A stretch of 64,000 bases of DNA from a virus (taxonomy: Duplodnaviria > Caudoviricetes), in IMG/VR virus record IMGVR_UViG_3300027804_000001, positions 224,001 through 288,000 of that record. One strand, given 5' to 3'. Of this stretch, positions 8,082-18,006 are shown piece by piece. The notes under the pieces are model-generated. The model did no database searches and had not been told where the DNA came from. It was given only the letters and a program-made list of their open reading frames with translations. The number at the start of each line of letters is the position of its first letter. Positions within the stretch are counted from its first letter, which is position 1. The position numbers and the translations under genes are program-made.

Positions 8082-11000
8082 TTATATTGACAACGCTCTT
8101 GCGAACATAACTACACTCCATGTTCCTGATGATGATGTTGCCGTAACCGTTCCACTATTGGAAATTGTAAACGATATTGCTGATGTGTTACCTAAGTCAG
8201 TAGTTGTGGTTTCTGTTAATTTAGATGTTGAACCATCCCATATACCTACAATACTACCTGCTCTCATATTAGAACCATTTTTCACTAAGTAATCAAGAAC
8301 TACACCATTGTAACTTGATAATGTAAACATTGTTGATGATGTACTTACAGATTGATTACTTGTTTGAACATCTACTTTACCATTCATCAAGATATCACCT
8401 GTTAATGATAATGTTGATCCACTAAATGTTAAATTGGTTTCAACCGTTGCATTTGTTCCACTACCATCATATGTTATAACACCATTGTTTGTTGAACCTG
8501 TTAATGTTACAAGTCCTGATGTACCTGATGTACCTGCTGTACCACTTGAACCGCTTGTTCCTGAAGAACCACTTGAACCGCTTGAACCTGAAGTACCAGA
8601 TGTTCCACTTGTACCAGATGAACCCGAAGTACCTGATGTTCCAGAACTTCCTGATGTTCCACTACTTCCTGAAGAACCACTTGTACCAGCAGTTCCTGAT
8701 GAACCTGAACTTCCTGATGTTCCACTACTTCCACTAGTACCTGAACTACCCGATGTTCCTGATGTTCCAGAACTTCCTGAAGAACCAGATGAACCTGATG
8801 AACCTGAGCTACCTGATGAACCAGAAGTTCCCGAAGTACCTGATGAACCAGAAGAACCTGAACTACCACTTGTTCCTGAACTACCAGAAGAACCTGAGCT
8901 TCCTGATGTTCCACTACTTCCACTTGTTCCTGAACTACCACTTGTACCGGCTGTTCCTGAAGAACCACTTGTACCAGCCGTTCCTGAACTACCTGAAGTA
9001 CCTGAGGTTCCACTTGTTCCTGATGAACCAGATGAACCCGATGTACCAGAACTTCCTGATGAACCAGATGTACCCGATGAACCACTTGTACCAGCGGTTC
9101 CTGATGAACCACTTGAACCAGATGTACCCGAAGTACCTGATGAACCACCACCACCTTCACCGAGTGTAACCGCAACTAAACCTGCTTGTGGTGATGAAAA
9201 TCCTATTTCAATATTATATAAGTCAATCGCTTCAATTGTCTGTGGTATAATTGAAAAACCATTTGTATCATAAACTTGTACAACAGGATATTTTGCACCT
9301 AAATCGTGTTGGAATGACCATGTTGTTGAAGGTGAGTTAACGGTTAATGAATTATATGCTCCCACAGTTGTACTACCTGAGCTACCGCTTGTTCCTGAAG
9401 AACCCGATGTACCAGATGTACCTGCAGTACCACTACTTCCTGAAGAACCACTAGAACCTGAAGTTCCACTTGTTCCACTACTTCCTGAACTACCACTAGA
9501 ACCTGAAGTACCTGATGTACCTGAGGTACCACTACTTCCCGAACTACCACTAGAACCTGATGTTCCTGAGGACCCTGAAGTACCAGATGTTCCACTTGTT
9601 CCTGAAGAACCAGATGAACCTGATGTACCACTAGAACCTGATGTACCACTTGAACCAGATGTACCCGAAGTACCTGATGTTCCACTTGTACCATCTGCAC
9701 CTGTAGCACCATCTAAGTTAATTGACCAAGATGAATACGTACCACTACCGATTGTTCCATTTGCATCAGGTGCAGAGAATGTTAATGTTGTACCACTATA
9801 ACTTACTACGTCTGATTCTTGATAATTGTTTACATTATAAGCAATGATGATTGATTGTCCAACTGAGTAACTTAATCCCGTAGGAACTGTAACTGAACCA
9901 CCTTGTCCTAATGTATGTGTTGAATTCGATGTTGTTTTATAAACTTCTGAAGTACCTGAAGTACCTGATGTACCAGCTGTTCCTGAAGAACCACTTGTAC
10001 CCGAAGAACCCGAAGAACCTGATGTTCCAGAAGTTCCTGAACTTCCTGATGAACCACTAGAACCTGATGTTCCTGATGTACCAGATGAACCAGAACTTCC
10101 TGAACTACCACTTGTACCTGAAGTACCCGCAGTTCCAGAACTTCCTGATGAACCACTAGAACCCGAAGTACCACTACTTCCACTTGTTCCTGAACTTCCA
10201 GATGAACCCGAACTTCCACTCGTTCCTGAAGAACCAGATGTACCACTTGTACCGGCAGTTCCACTACTTCCTGAAGAACCTGAACTTCCGCTTGTTCCTG
10301 AAGAACCGGATGTACCTGAACTTCCTGAAGAACCACTAGAACCTGATGTTCCACTTGTTCCACTACTTCCTGAACTACCACTAGAACCACTTGTACCGGC
10401 TGTTCCTGAAGAACCACTTGTACCAGATGTTCCACTACTTCCCGATGTTCCCGCAGTTCCTGAACTACCTGAAGTTCCAGATGTACCAGAAGAACCTGAT
10501 GAACCCGATGTACCCGCAGTTCCAGAACTTCCTGAAGAACCACTAGAACCTGATGTACCAGATGTTCCTGATGAACCACTTGTTCCTGAAGATCCACTTG
10601 AACCTGATGTACCAGATGTACCCGCAGTTCCACTACTACCACTACTTCCACTTGAACCTGAAGTACCAGATGTTCCTGATGAACCACTAGAACCACTTGA
10701 ACCTGAAGTACCACTTGTACCAGATGTACCTGAAGTACCATCAGCACCCGTAGCACCATCTAAGTTAATAACCCAATTAGAATATGTACCGCTACCAATT
10801 GTACCGTTAGCATCTGGAGTATCAACTGTTATTGTTGTTCCACTATATGAAACCACATGAGACTCTTGATAATTGTTGACATCATACGCTATGATAATAG
10901 ACTGACCAACAGTGTAACTTAATCCACTTGGTACAGTAAATGACCCCGAATTACCTAATGTATGTGTGGTTGTTGATATTGTTTTATAAACTTCCGAAGT

Positions 11001-13166
11001 ACCTGATGTACCCGATGTACCCGCAGTTCCACTACTTCCTGATGAACCCGAAGAACCTGATGTACCTGATGTTCCACTTGTACCAGCGGTTCCTGATGAA
11101 CCACTAGAACCTGAAGTACCTGACGTACCACTACTTCCTGATGAACCACTAGAACCCGAAGTACCAGAAGAACCTGACGTACCTGATGAACCAGAACTTC
11201 CTGAAGAACCACTTGTACCAGATGTACCACTTGTTCCTGAAGAACCCGAACTTCCTGAAGAACCAGATGTTCCACTTGTACCAGATGAGCCATCACTACC
11301 ACTAGTTCCTGAAGTACCAGATGTACCAGATGAACCTGAGGTACCAGATGTTCCTGATGAACCACTAGAACCTGATGTTCCTGAAGTACCTGAACTTCCT
11401 GAAGTACCAGATGAACCACTAGAACCTGAAGTTCCACTTGTTCCACTACTTCCTGAACTACCACTAGAACCACTTGTTCCTGAGGTACCAGATGAACCCG
11501 AGGTACCAGATGAACCTGATGTACCTGAACTTCCAGATGTTCCACTTGTACCACTTGAACCACTTGAACCCGAACTTCCGCTTGTACCAGATGTTCCGCT
11601 TGAACCCGAGGTACCGGACGAACCAGAACTTCCTGAAGAACCACTTGTACCAGATGTACCAGCCGTTCCCGAACTTCCTGAAGATCCACTAGAACCTGAT
11701 GTTCCTGAAGTTCCAGAACTTCCAGATGTACCTGAAGAACCATCTGCACCTGTTGCACCATCTAAATTGATAGTCCATGATGAATATGTACCACTACCAA
11801 TAGTACCATTAGAATCTGGTGCTGTAAACGTTAAAGTAGTACCACTATATGATACTACATCCGATTCTTGGTAGTTATTTACGTTATATGCTATTATAAT
11901 TGATTGACCAACGGTATAACTTAAACCACTCGGTACAGTTAATGAACCCGCTTGTCCTAAAGTAAATGTATCTGTTGATGTTGTTTTATAGACCTCTGAG
12001 GTACCTGATGAACCACTTGTACCAGCTGTTCCTGATGAACCACTCGTTCCCGAACTTCCTGAACTACCACTAGAACCCGATGTACCTGAAGTACCAGATG
12101 TTCCACTTGTTCCTGAACTTCCTGAACTACCACTAGAACCTGAAGTACCTGAAGTACCTGAAGTACCACTACTTCCACTTGTTCCTGCTGTTCCCGAACT
12201 TCCTGATGAACCACTAGAACCTGATGTTCCTGATGTTCCACTTGTACCACTTGAACCATCACTACCACTGGTTCCCGAACTTCCTGATGAACCACTAGAA
12301 CCTGATGTTCCTGATGTACCACTAGAACCTGATGTTCCTGAACTACCAGATGTACCCGCAGTACCACTTGTTCCTGAAGAACCGGATGTACCTGAACTTC
12401 CTGAAGATCCACTAGAACCAGAAGAACCTGATGTTCCTGAAGTACCGGCAGTACCTGAACTTCCTGAAGATCCACTTGTACCTGATGTACCAGAACTACC
12501 GCTTGTACCTGAAGTGCCTGAACTTCCTGATGTACCACTAGAACCTGAGGTACCAGCTGTTCCTGATGAACCACTAGAACCTGATGTTCCTGATGAACCA
12601 TTACTTCCCGAAGAACCACTTGAACCAGAACTACCACTTGTACCTGAAGTACCTGAGCTTCCCGATGTACCAGATGAACCTGATGTTCCTGACGTACCCG
12701 AAGTTCCAGATGAACCACTAGTACCACTAGAACCACTTGAACCCGAAGTACCTGAACTTCCTGAAGAACCAGATGTACCTGATGATCCACTTGTTCCTGA
12801 TGTACCACTAGAACCTGATGTTCCTGAAGTACCCGATGTTGCAGCCGTATATTCAGTACCATTTATTGATAACGAACCTGTAACTGAAAAAGAACCAGTA
12901 AATTGATGTGTATCGTCTAAACTATCACCAAATTTTGTGGAACCAGAAGAAAATGACGTTGTAATATAACTTACAGAAGATGAGACTATAAATTGATTGG
13001 CGGACAAATTACCACCAACAACTAAATCACCACTAATATTTTGACTACCTGAAACATTTAATGAACCTGTTACACTTAACGATCCAGATATTTGTGAGGA
13101 GCCTGTTATATTTGCTCCACCCTGGTCAACAATTAGACCATTTTTTACTATAAATTGATTTGCCAT
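8082..13166 (-). CDS. giant fibre protein with five Gly-Ser/Thr-Ser tracts separated by globular modules
   Basis: 1694 aa; three copies of an EVYKT...W.INLDG module and one WSFQHDLG..YP module; N-terminus homologous to the 649 aa fibre. Confidence 0.8.
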   Translation of the reverse strand: MANQFIVKNGLIVDQGGANITGSSQISGSLSVTGSLNVSGSQNISGDLVVGGNLSANQFIVSSSVSYITTSFSSGSTKFGDSLDDTHQFTGSFSVTGSLSINGTEYTAATSGTSGTSGSSGTSGTSGSSGTSGSSGSSGTSGSSGSSGTSGSSGTSGTSGTSGSSGTSGSSGTSGTSGSSGSSGSSGSNGSSGTSGSSGSSGTAGTSGSSGTSGSSGTSGTSGSSGTSGTSGSSGSSGTAGTSGTSGSSGSSGSSGSSGTSGSSGTSGTAGTSGSSGTSGSSGTSGTSGSSGSSGSSGTSGSDGSSGTSGTSGTSGSSGSSGSSGTAGTSGSSGTSGTSGTSGSSGSSGSSGTSGTSGTSGTSGSSGSSGSSGTSGSSGTAGTSGSSGTSEVYKTTSTDTFTLGQAGSLTVPSGLSYTVGQSIIIAYNVNNYQESDVVSYSGTTLTFTAPDSNGTIGSGTYSSWTINLDGATGADGSSGTSGSSGTSGTSGSSGSSGSSGTAGTSGTSGSSGSSGSSGTSGSSGTSGTSGSSGSSGSSGTSGTSGSSGTSGSSGTSGSSGTSGTSGSSGSSGSSGTSGTSGSSGSSGTSGSSGTSGTSGSSGSSGTSGTSGSSGTSGTSGTSGSDGSSGTSGTSGSSGSSGSSGTSGTSGTSGSSGSSGSSGTSGSSGTSGSSGSSGSSGTSGTSGSSGSSGTAGTSGTSGTSGSSGSSGSSGTAGTSGTSGTSEVYKTISTTTHTLGNSGSFTVPSGLSYTVGQSIIIAYDVNNYQESHVVSYSGTTITVDTPDANGTIGSGTYSNWVINLDGATGADGTSGTSGTSGTSGSSGSSGSSGTSGTSGSSGSSGSSGTAGTSGTSGSSGSSGTSGSSGTSGTSGSSGSSGSSGTAGTSGSSGSSGTSGTSGSSGTAGTSGSSGTSGTSGSSGTAGTSGSSGSSGSSGTSGTSGSSGSSGSSGTSGSSGTSGSSGSSGSSGTAGTSGTSGSSGTSGSSGSSGSSGTSGSSGTSGSSGSSGSSGTAGTSGTSGSSGSSGSSGTSGTSGSSGSSGSSGTSGTSGSSGSSGTSGSSGTAGTSGTSGTSEVYKTTSNSTHTLGQGGSVTVPTGLSYSVGQSIIIAYNVNNYQESDVVSYSGTTLTFSAPDANGTIGSGTYSSWSINLDGATGADGTSGTSGTSGTSGSSGTSGSSGTSGSSGSSGTSGTSGTSGSSGTSGSSGSSGSSGTSGTSGTSGSSGSSGSSGTSGTSGSSGSSGSSGTAGTSGTSGSSGTSGSSGSTTVGAYNSLTVNSPSTTWSFQHDLGAKYPVVQVYDTNGFSIIPQTIEAIDLYNIEIGFSSPQAGLVAVTLGEGGGGSSGTSGTSGSSGSSGTAGTSGSSGTSGSSGSSGTSGSSGSSGTSGTSGTSGSSGTAGTSGSSGTAGTSGSSGTSGSSGTSGSSGSSGSSGTSGSSGSSGSSGTSGTSGSSGSSGSSGSSGSSGSSGTSGTSGSSGTSGSSGTSGSSGSSGTAGTSGSSGSSGTSGSSGTSGTSGSSGTSGTSGTSGSSGSSGSSGTSGSSGTAGTSGTSGLVTLTGSTNNGVITYDGSGTNATVETNLTFSGSTLSLTGDILMNGKVDVQTSNQSVSTSSTMFTLSSYNGVVLDYLVKNGSNMRAGSIVGIWDGSTSKLTETTTTDLGNTSAISFTISNSGTVTATSSSGTWSVVMFARALSI
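8515..12835 (-). repeat. interrupted Gly-X-Y (GTS/GSS/GTA) coding repeat region
   Basis: Tracts at about 11997-12833, 10990-11757, 9950-10755, 9370-9715 and 8515-9140. Confidence 0.9.
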
Positions 13167-13200
13167 TTCTTCTTCTTTGTTTTTATTACACTAAGTCTTT

Positions 13201-13208
13201 TATAAATA
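13201..13208 (-). promoter_or_regulatory. putative late promoter TATTTATA
   Basis: Upstream of ATG 13166. Confidence 0.6.
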
Positions 13209-13253
13209 TTTCATTATTCGATTAGTTTATTACTTTTGATAAAAAACTTTTTA

Positions 13254-15482
13254 TTATAAAAATGTCGTCATTGACTTGAATGTCCAATTCGCACTTGCGT
13301 TTACTTTCAATTCAACATGACCTTCATTTGAAACCGTTACATCAAAAGATGCATCACTTGTATCTCCAATATCTGCCGTTGTTGTTTCATTAAAATTTAC
13401 ACTATTATTATTCCACACCGCAACAACTATACCCGCTCTCGCATTTGAATTATCATAAATTGTATAATTGTAAAACGCTGACGTGTATGAACCCGTTAAT
13501 GTTGACACTACAGTATTAGAACCTGGTGAAACATTTGACAATGAATTTTTTAGTTGTGCGTTGGTAACATCAATACTACCTGTAACAATTAATGATCCTG
13601 ATATGGTTGTATCATTACCTATTGTTACTATAGTTCCTGTATCAACAATAGATGAGTTTGTAACACCTGTTGCCGATTCAAATTTGACAACAGTATTTAC
13701 ATTACCATTAATTGAAACTGATGTTCCACTTGTTCCTGAAGTACCCCCACTTCCACTAGTTCCAGATGTTCCACTAGAACCTGATGTACCCGAAGTTCCA
13801 GATGATCCACTACTACCGCTAGTACCACTTGTGCCTGATGTTCCTGAAGTTCCTGCTGAACCTGAAGTACCACTACTACCACTTGTGCCCGATGTTCCTG
13901 AAGTACCGGCTGAACCCGATGTTCCACTACTACCGCTAGTACCCGAAGAACCAGAACTTCCACTTGTTCCCGAAGTACCAGAACTTCCACTTGTTCCCGA
14001 AGTACCGGCTGAACCTGATGTTCCACTACTACCAGATGAACCACTACTACCACTTGTACCAGCAGTGCCACTACTACCACTTGTACCGGCAGTACCACTA
14101 CTACCACTAGTACCTGATGAACCACCACCACCTTCACCGAGTGTTGCAACTACAATACCCGCAATTGGTTGTGAAAATGTAATTGTTGCATTGTATAAAT
14201 CAACCGCTAAAATCTCTTGAGGTATAACTTGGTAACCATATTCATCAAATACTTGAAATACGGGATATCTTGCACCTAAATCATGATTAAAATACCACAC
14301 GTCTGACGGTGTTGTAACCGTCATTGATTCATAAGCACCTACTGTTGTACTACCTGAAGAACCCGAACTACCTGATGTTCCACTAGTTCCTGAAGTACCA
14401 CTACTTCCTGAACTACCTGAAGTACCTGAGGTTCCACTAGTTCCCGATGTACCACTAGTACCGGCAGTACCACTACTACCACTTGTACCCGAAGTACCGG
14501 ATGAACCATTACCACCAATCGTTGCAATTACTGTACCTGCTGTTGGTAATGCAAAATAAACATCTAAATTATTTGCATCTAATACTTTAATTTCAGTTGG
14601 GATGATGACCCTATCACTGTTATCAAAAACATTAATTGCTGGATATTTGTAATCTAAATTGTGATTAAAAGACCATGTTGTTTGTTGTGAACTCACAACA
14701 AGTGTTCTTGTCATACCCGAAACAGGGTATGCAGAATCAACATAATTTACTAAAGAGGCCGATAATGCCGATACATTGAATGTTACTTCTTTAATGTAAC
14801 CGTTATCATTTGTATCAACCATTGATGTGGTGATTTCTAAACCACCTTCACCGATAAATTCAACAACATCTGAACCTGTTGCTCTAACTAAATCCTGACC
14901 TTCAACAAATATATCTCTAAAGTGTGAACCAATAGAAACAAATGCGGTACCATCAAAAGATTCACTAACATTTAATCCCGTACTATCGTCAAATTGTAAT
15001 TTGGTAAATTGTTTATCATATGTATTACCATCAACATCAGAACCTGAAATATGAAATGGTACATTTGTTAAACCTAAACCACTACCTGTAAATTCTGTTG
15101 CAGTAATTGAACCTGTTACAGATAAATTTACATTAACTTGTAAACCATCTTCATCAATAGATGCGGTCGCATTACCACTTGCAATTTGAGATAAGTTTAA
15201 TCCTGTGATACCACTTGCCGGAATATTATAAAGACCTTGTCCATCACCTATGAATGAACCCGTAAAAAATGATGCTGTTACATTATCTGTTAGATAAATT
15301 GAACCTGTATTAACCGTGTTTGTTGCAACTAATTCTTGTATTGAAGGACCTAACGCACCTGAAACCGCAAAAAATACTTTACCGTCAGTAGTATTAATTG
15401 ATAATTCCCCTAGTTGTAGATTAGCGTTGGTCGGTTTCCTACCCGATACAGCGCTCCTACGTAGCTTTACTATTTGTGCCAT
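13254..15482 (-). CDS. tail fibre protein with tropism-determinant-like N-terminus and Gly-Ser/Thr-Ser tracts
   Basis: 742 aa; MAQIVKLRRS...P....LQLGELSINTTDGKVF head-attachment-type N-terminus; two W.FNH.L..YP modules. Confidence 0.75.
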   Translation of the reverse strand: MAQIVKLRRSAVSGRKPTNANLQLGELSINTTDGKVFFAVSGALGPSIQELVATNTVNTGSIYLTDNVTASFFTGSFIGDGQGLYNIPASGITGLNLSQIASGNATASIDEDGLQVNVNLSVTGSITATEFTGSGLGLTNVPFHISGSDVDGNTYDKQFTKLQFDDSTGLNVSESFDGTAFVSIGSHFRDIFVEGQDLVRATGSDVVEFIGEGGLEITTSMVDTNDNGYIKEVTFNVSALSASLVNYVDSAYPVSGMTRTLVVSSQQTTWSFNHNLDYKYPAINVFDNSDRVIIPTEIKVLDANNLDVYFALPTAGTVIATIGGNGSSGTSGTSGSSGTAGTSGTSGTSGTSGTSGSSGSSGTSGTSGTSGSSGSSGSTTVGAYESMTVTTPSDVWYFNHDLGARYPVFQVFDEYGYQVIPQEILAVDLYNATITFSQPIAGIVVATLGEGGGGSSGTSGSSGTAGTSGSSGTAGTSGSSGSSGSSGTSGSAGTSGTSGSSGTSGTSGSSGSSGTSGSSGTSGSAGTSGTSGTSGSSGTSGSAGTSGTSGTSGTSGSSGSSGTSGTSGSSGTSGTSGSGGTSGTSGTSVSINGNVNTVVKFESATGVTNSSIVDTGTIVTIGNDTTISGSLIVTGSIDVTNAQLKNSLSNVSPGSNTVVSTLTGSYTSAFYNYTIYDNSNARAGIVVAVWNNNSVNFNETTTADIGDTSDASFDVTVSNEGHVELKVNASANWTFKSMTTFL

Positions 15483-15546
15483 ATATATGGTTCCCTCAAT
15501 CGAATGTGGTATGTACCACGGTTAATTAGACTTATATAAGTCTTTC

Positions 15547-15554
15547 TATAAATA
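15547..15554 (-). promoter_or_regulatory. putative late promoter TATTTATA
   Basis: Between terminator and ATG 15482. Confidence 0.6.
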
Positions 15555-15578
15555 CATAAAAATTTCGTTTGTGTAAAT

Positions 15579-15605
15579 AAAAAAAGGGAGAGTTTTTACT
15601 CTCCC
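15579..15605 (-). terminator. intrinsic terminator
   Basis: GGGAGAGT-AAAA-ACTCTCCC followed by T7. Confidence 0.85.
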
Positions 15606-15633
15606 CCTTATTTAATTTATAAATGTTATAATT

Positions 15634-17961
15634 TTAGTAAGATCCACCATCGATGACTGTTGAGAACTTCAATGAACCATCAGAATTTTTGTATCCTAAA
15701 ATACCATCAAGAACATCAGTTGTTTCGGTAGTCGAAACAAAACCAACAACGTTTGAAGAATTTCTGAACATGATTGTAGATGTTTTATTTCCGTTGTCAG
15801 TTCCTCCTGAATATGATAATGTGAAGTTACCACTTATTGATGTATCACCCGTTCCTGAATCAACTGTGAATTTATTTGTATTAAATGCTAAAGTTGTTCC
15901 AAGATAAGTCAATAAACTATCTGCTATGTGGTCATCATCAACCGCAATTGGGAAGTGACCAACTGTTAAACCTGTTTCTTCACCTAATGAACCTGTATTT
16001 TTTGGTCCCGCAATAAAACGAGCTGAAGCGTATGAGGATCCCGAAGGATTTGCATAAATCCAAACATTATTTTGTGAATCCCAAAGTAATGACCCTGTTA
16101 CACCAACATTTGATCCTGAATCATAAACATCAATTCCTGCAAATCTTTCAAATGGTGAATAGGTATTGAGTAATATTTTATTTGTTCCAATATCAACTTG
16201 AGATCCTGATAATGTAATAATTGAACCTGTACCTAAAACTTGGAAGTTTCCTGATACATACATGTTACCATGTACAGTTAAATCATTATCGAAAGCCGAA
16301 TTACCATTTACATTTAGACTACCACTTAATCTAAAATTAACATTATCTAAAGTTAAACTACCTGTATTATCTAAGAATACACTATGTGTAACATTAGATG
16401 TCACATCCCAAGTATTTAATTCAATACCTCTTTGTTCAACCAATAAATTATTGATTCCCATTTCATCATTTGCTACCGATATTGTTGTTGTACCATTAAT
16501 ATCAGCATAACTACCAGTAAATCCACCAGGTATTGTTAAATTACCATTAACATCAAAATTTAATGTTTTTGATACTCCATTATAATTTGTTATTAATGTA
16601 ATAGACTCTTCGTCACTATAGTTTCTTAATGAGAATGTATCGTTAGAGTATAATCTAAGGTCATCACCGGCAGTTATAGTTACATCGGTGTCCGCTTCAA
16701 AAGTTAAATCACTACTTGAACTAACAAATAAATCGTTACCATCCTCGGTTTTTATATTTAACGAGCCGGAGGTGATAATATCAACACCACCAACAGATTC
16801 AATACTAATTTTTGATAAACTATCATCAATTTTTAAAAAATTGGTGTCATCACCAAAGAAATTATAAGTAGCATTACCTTTAAAATGAATGTCCGAAGGC
16901 GCTGTATTATAAATTTGAAATAATCTTGAGTCGTTTTTGTCTGGTTTCAAATATAATGAACCCGTACCTTGGATATCAGTTACTTCAAGTGCTCCCGATA
17001 AGTTTAAATTACCGTTATCAAATGTTAAACCACTATAATCTGTAAGTATACCATCAGTACCAACAACAACTAATCTTTTCTCTGTTAAATCATCTAAGTA
17101 AACTGAACCAGATAATATTGTTGTTCCTGTAACTGTTAAGTCACCTGGTAATTCTAAATTTGTTGTTGAAACTTGACCGATATTAATATTTTCAATAAAC
17201 GCAGTTCCACTAACATATAAATCTTTCCATGCATTTGTTGGTGAACCTAAATCAAATAGATTTGAACCTGATGGAACAAGGGATGAACTAATTTCAGCGT
17301 TTAAGTCAATAACATCACCACCTTGATTATCACCGATGGTAATGTTACCTTTCATAGTGATTGAACCTGAGGTTCTAATATTACCTGTGTTGTTGTCAAC
17401 TTCAAATTGACCTTGACCTATATTAAATGTTGAACCATCAAATGTTAAATTTGGACTATCTTCAAGTATCCCACCTGTACCAACAAGAACTAATCTATTG
17501 TCAGTTAATCCTGTAATTGTAACATCACCATTAAAAGTTGTATCACCTGTTACATTCAAAGCGGATGCACTAACAAATGTGTCAAAAACACCTGTATTAC
17601 CTGTTAAGTTATTAATAGTAACACCACTTATAACATTACCTTCAATATTACCTGTTAAATCCATAGTAATATTTCCTACGTTACTTAAAAGATATAATGT
17701 TTGGTCAGTAGAACTATAAAAAGGTGTACCATTTAATGTTGATCCGTAACTACCTCCCGTTAAATCGGGTGCAACTGAACCTTGATATATTTTAGATAGT
17801 GTTCTAAAGGCTCCAGCTGAACCCTCGGTTTCACCAACAAAAATCCAAGGACCGTTCATGTTACCAACCGAACCGGTTGCCATTACTAATTCGCCCTTTT
17901 TAGCTGTTGCAGAAACTAAGGAGTCAATCGAACCCCTTCTGTGTTTAATTATTTGTGCCAT
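15634..17961 (-). CDS. tail fibre-like beta-rich virion protein
   Basis: 775 aa; MAQIIKHRRG...GELVMATGS N-terminus paralogous to the 742 aa gene; GSLLWDS motif shared with the next gene. Confidence 0.7.
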   Translation of the reverse strand: MAQIIKHRRGSIDSLVSATAKKGELVMATGSVGNMNGPWIFVGETEGSAGAFRTLSKIYQGSVAPDLTGGSYGSTLNGTPFYSSTDQTLYLLSNVGNITMDLTGNIEGNVISGVTINNLTGNTGVFDTFVSASALNVTGDTTFNGDVTITGLTDNRLVLVGTGGILEDSPNLTFDGSTFNIGQGQFEVDNNTGNIRTSGSITMKGNITIGDNQGGDVIDLNAEISSSLVPSGSNLFDLGSPTNAWKDLYVSGTAFIENINIGQVSTTNLELPGDLTVTGTTILSGSVYLDDLTEKRLVVVGTDGILTDYSGLTFDNGNLNLSGALEVTDIQGTGSLYLKPDKNDSRLFQIYNTAPSDIHFKGNATYNFFGDDTNFLKIDDSLSKISIESVGGVDIITSGSLNIKTEDGNDLFVSSSSDLTFEADTDVTITAGDDLRLYSNDTFSLRNYSDEESITLITNYNGVSKTLNFDVNGNLTIPGGFTGSYADINGTTTISVANDEMGINNLLVEQRGIELNTWDVTSNVTHSVFLDNTGSLTLDNVNFRLSGSLNVNGNSAFDNDLTVHGNMYVSGNFQVLGTGSIITLSGSQVDIGTNKILLNTYSPFERFAGIDVYDSGSNVGVTGSLLWDSQNNVWIYANPSGSSYASARFIAGPKNTGSLGEETGLTVGHFPIAVDDDHIADSLLTYLGTTLAFNTNKFTVDSGTGDTSISGNFTLSYSGGTDNGNKTSTIMFRNSSNVVGFVSTTETTDVLDGILGYKNSDGSLKFSTVIDGGSY

Positions 17962-17986
17962 TTTATATTATTGTTCTTTTTATTTA

Positions 17987-17994
17987 TATAAATA
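17987..17994 (-). promoter_or_regulatory. putative late promoter TATTTATA
   Basis: Upstream of ATG 17961. Confidence 0.6.
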
Positions 17995-18006
17995 CTTTAT
18001 TTTAAA

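Noticed and set aside
8434-14220. Long plus-strand ORFs rich in VPE/VPD/EPL (8434-9273, 12514-12906, 13483-14220)
   Set aside because: Antisense shadows of the GSS/GTS repeats, whose reverse complement lacks stops; they end where the repeats end
6659-14527. Alternative-frame ORFs rich in Val/Gln/Leu/His or Met/Asn/Tyr/Phe
   Set aside because: Frame-shifted readings of the same 9-bp repeat, fully nested in the fibre genes
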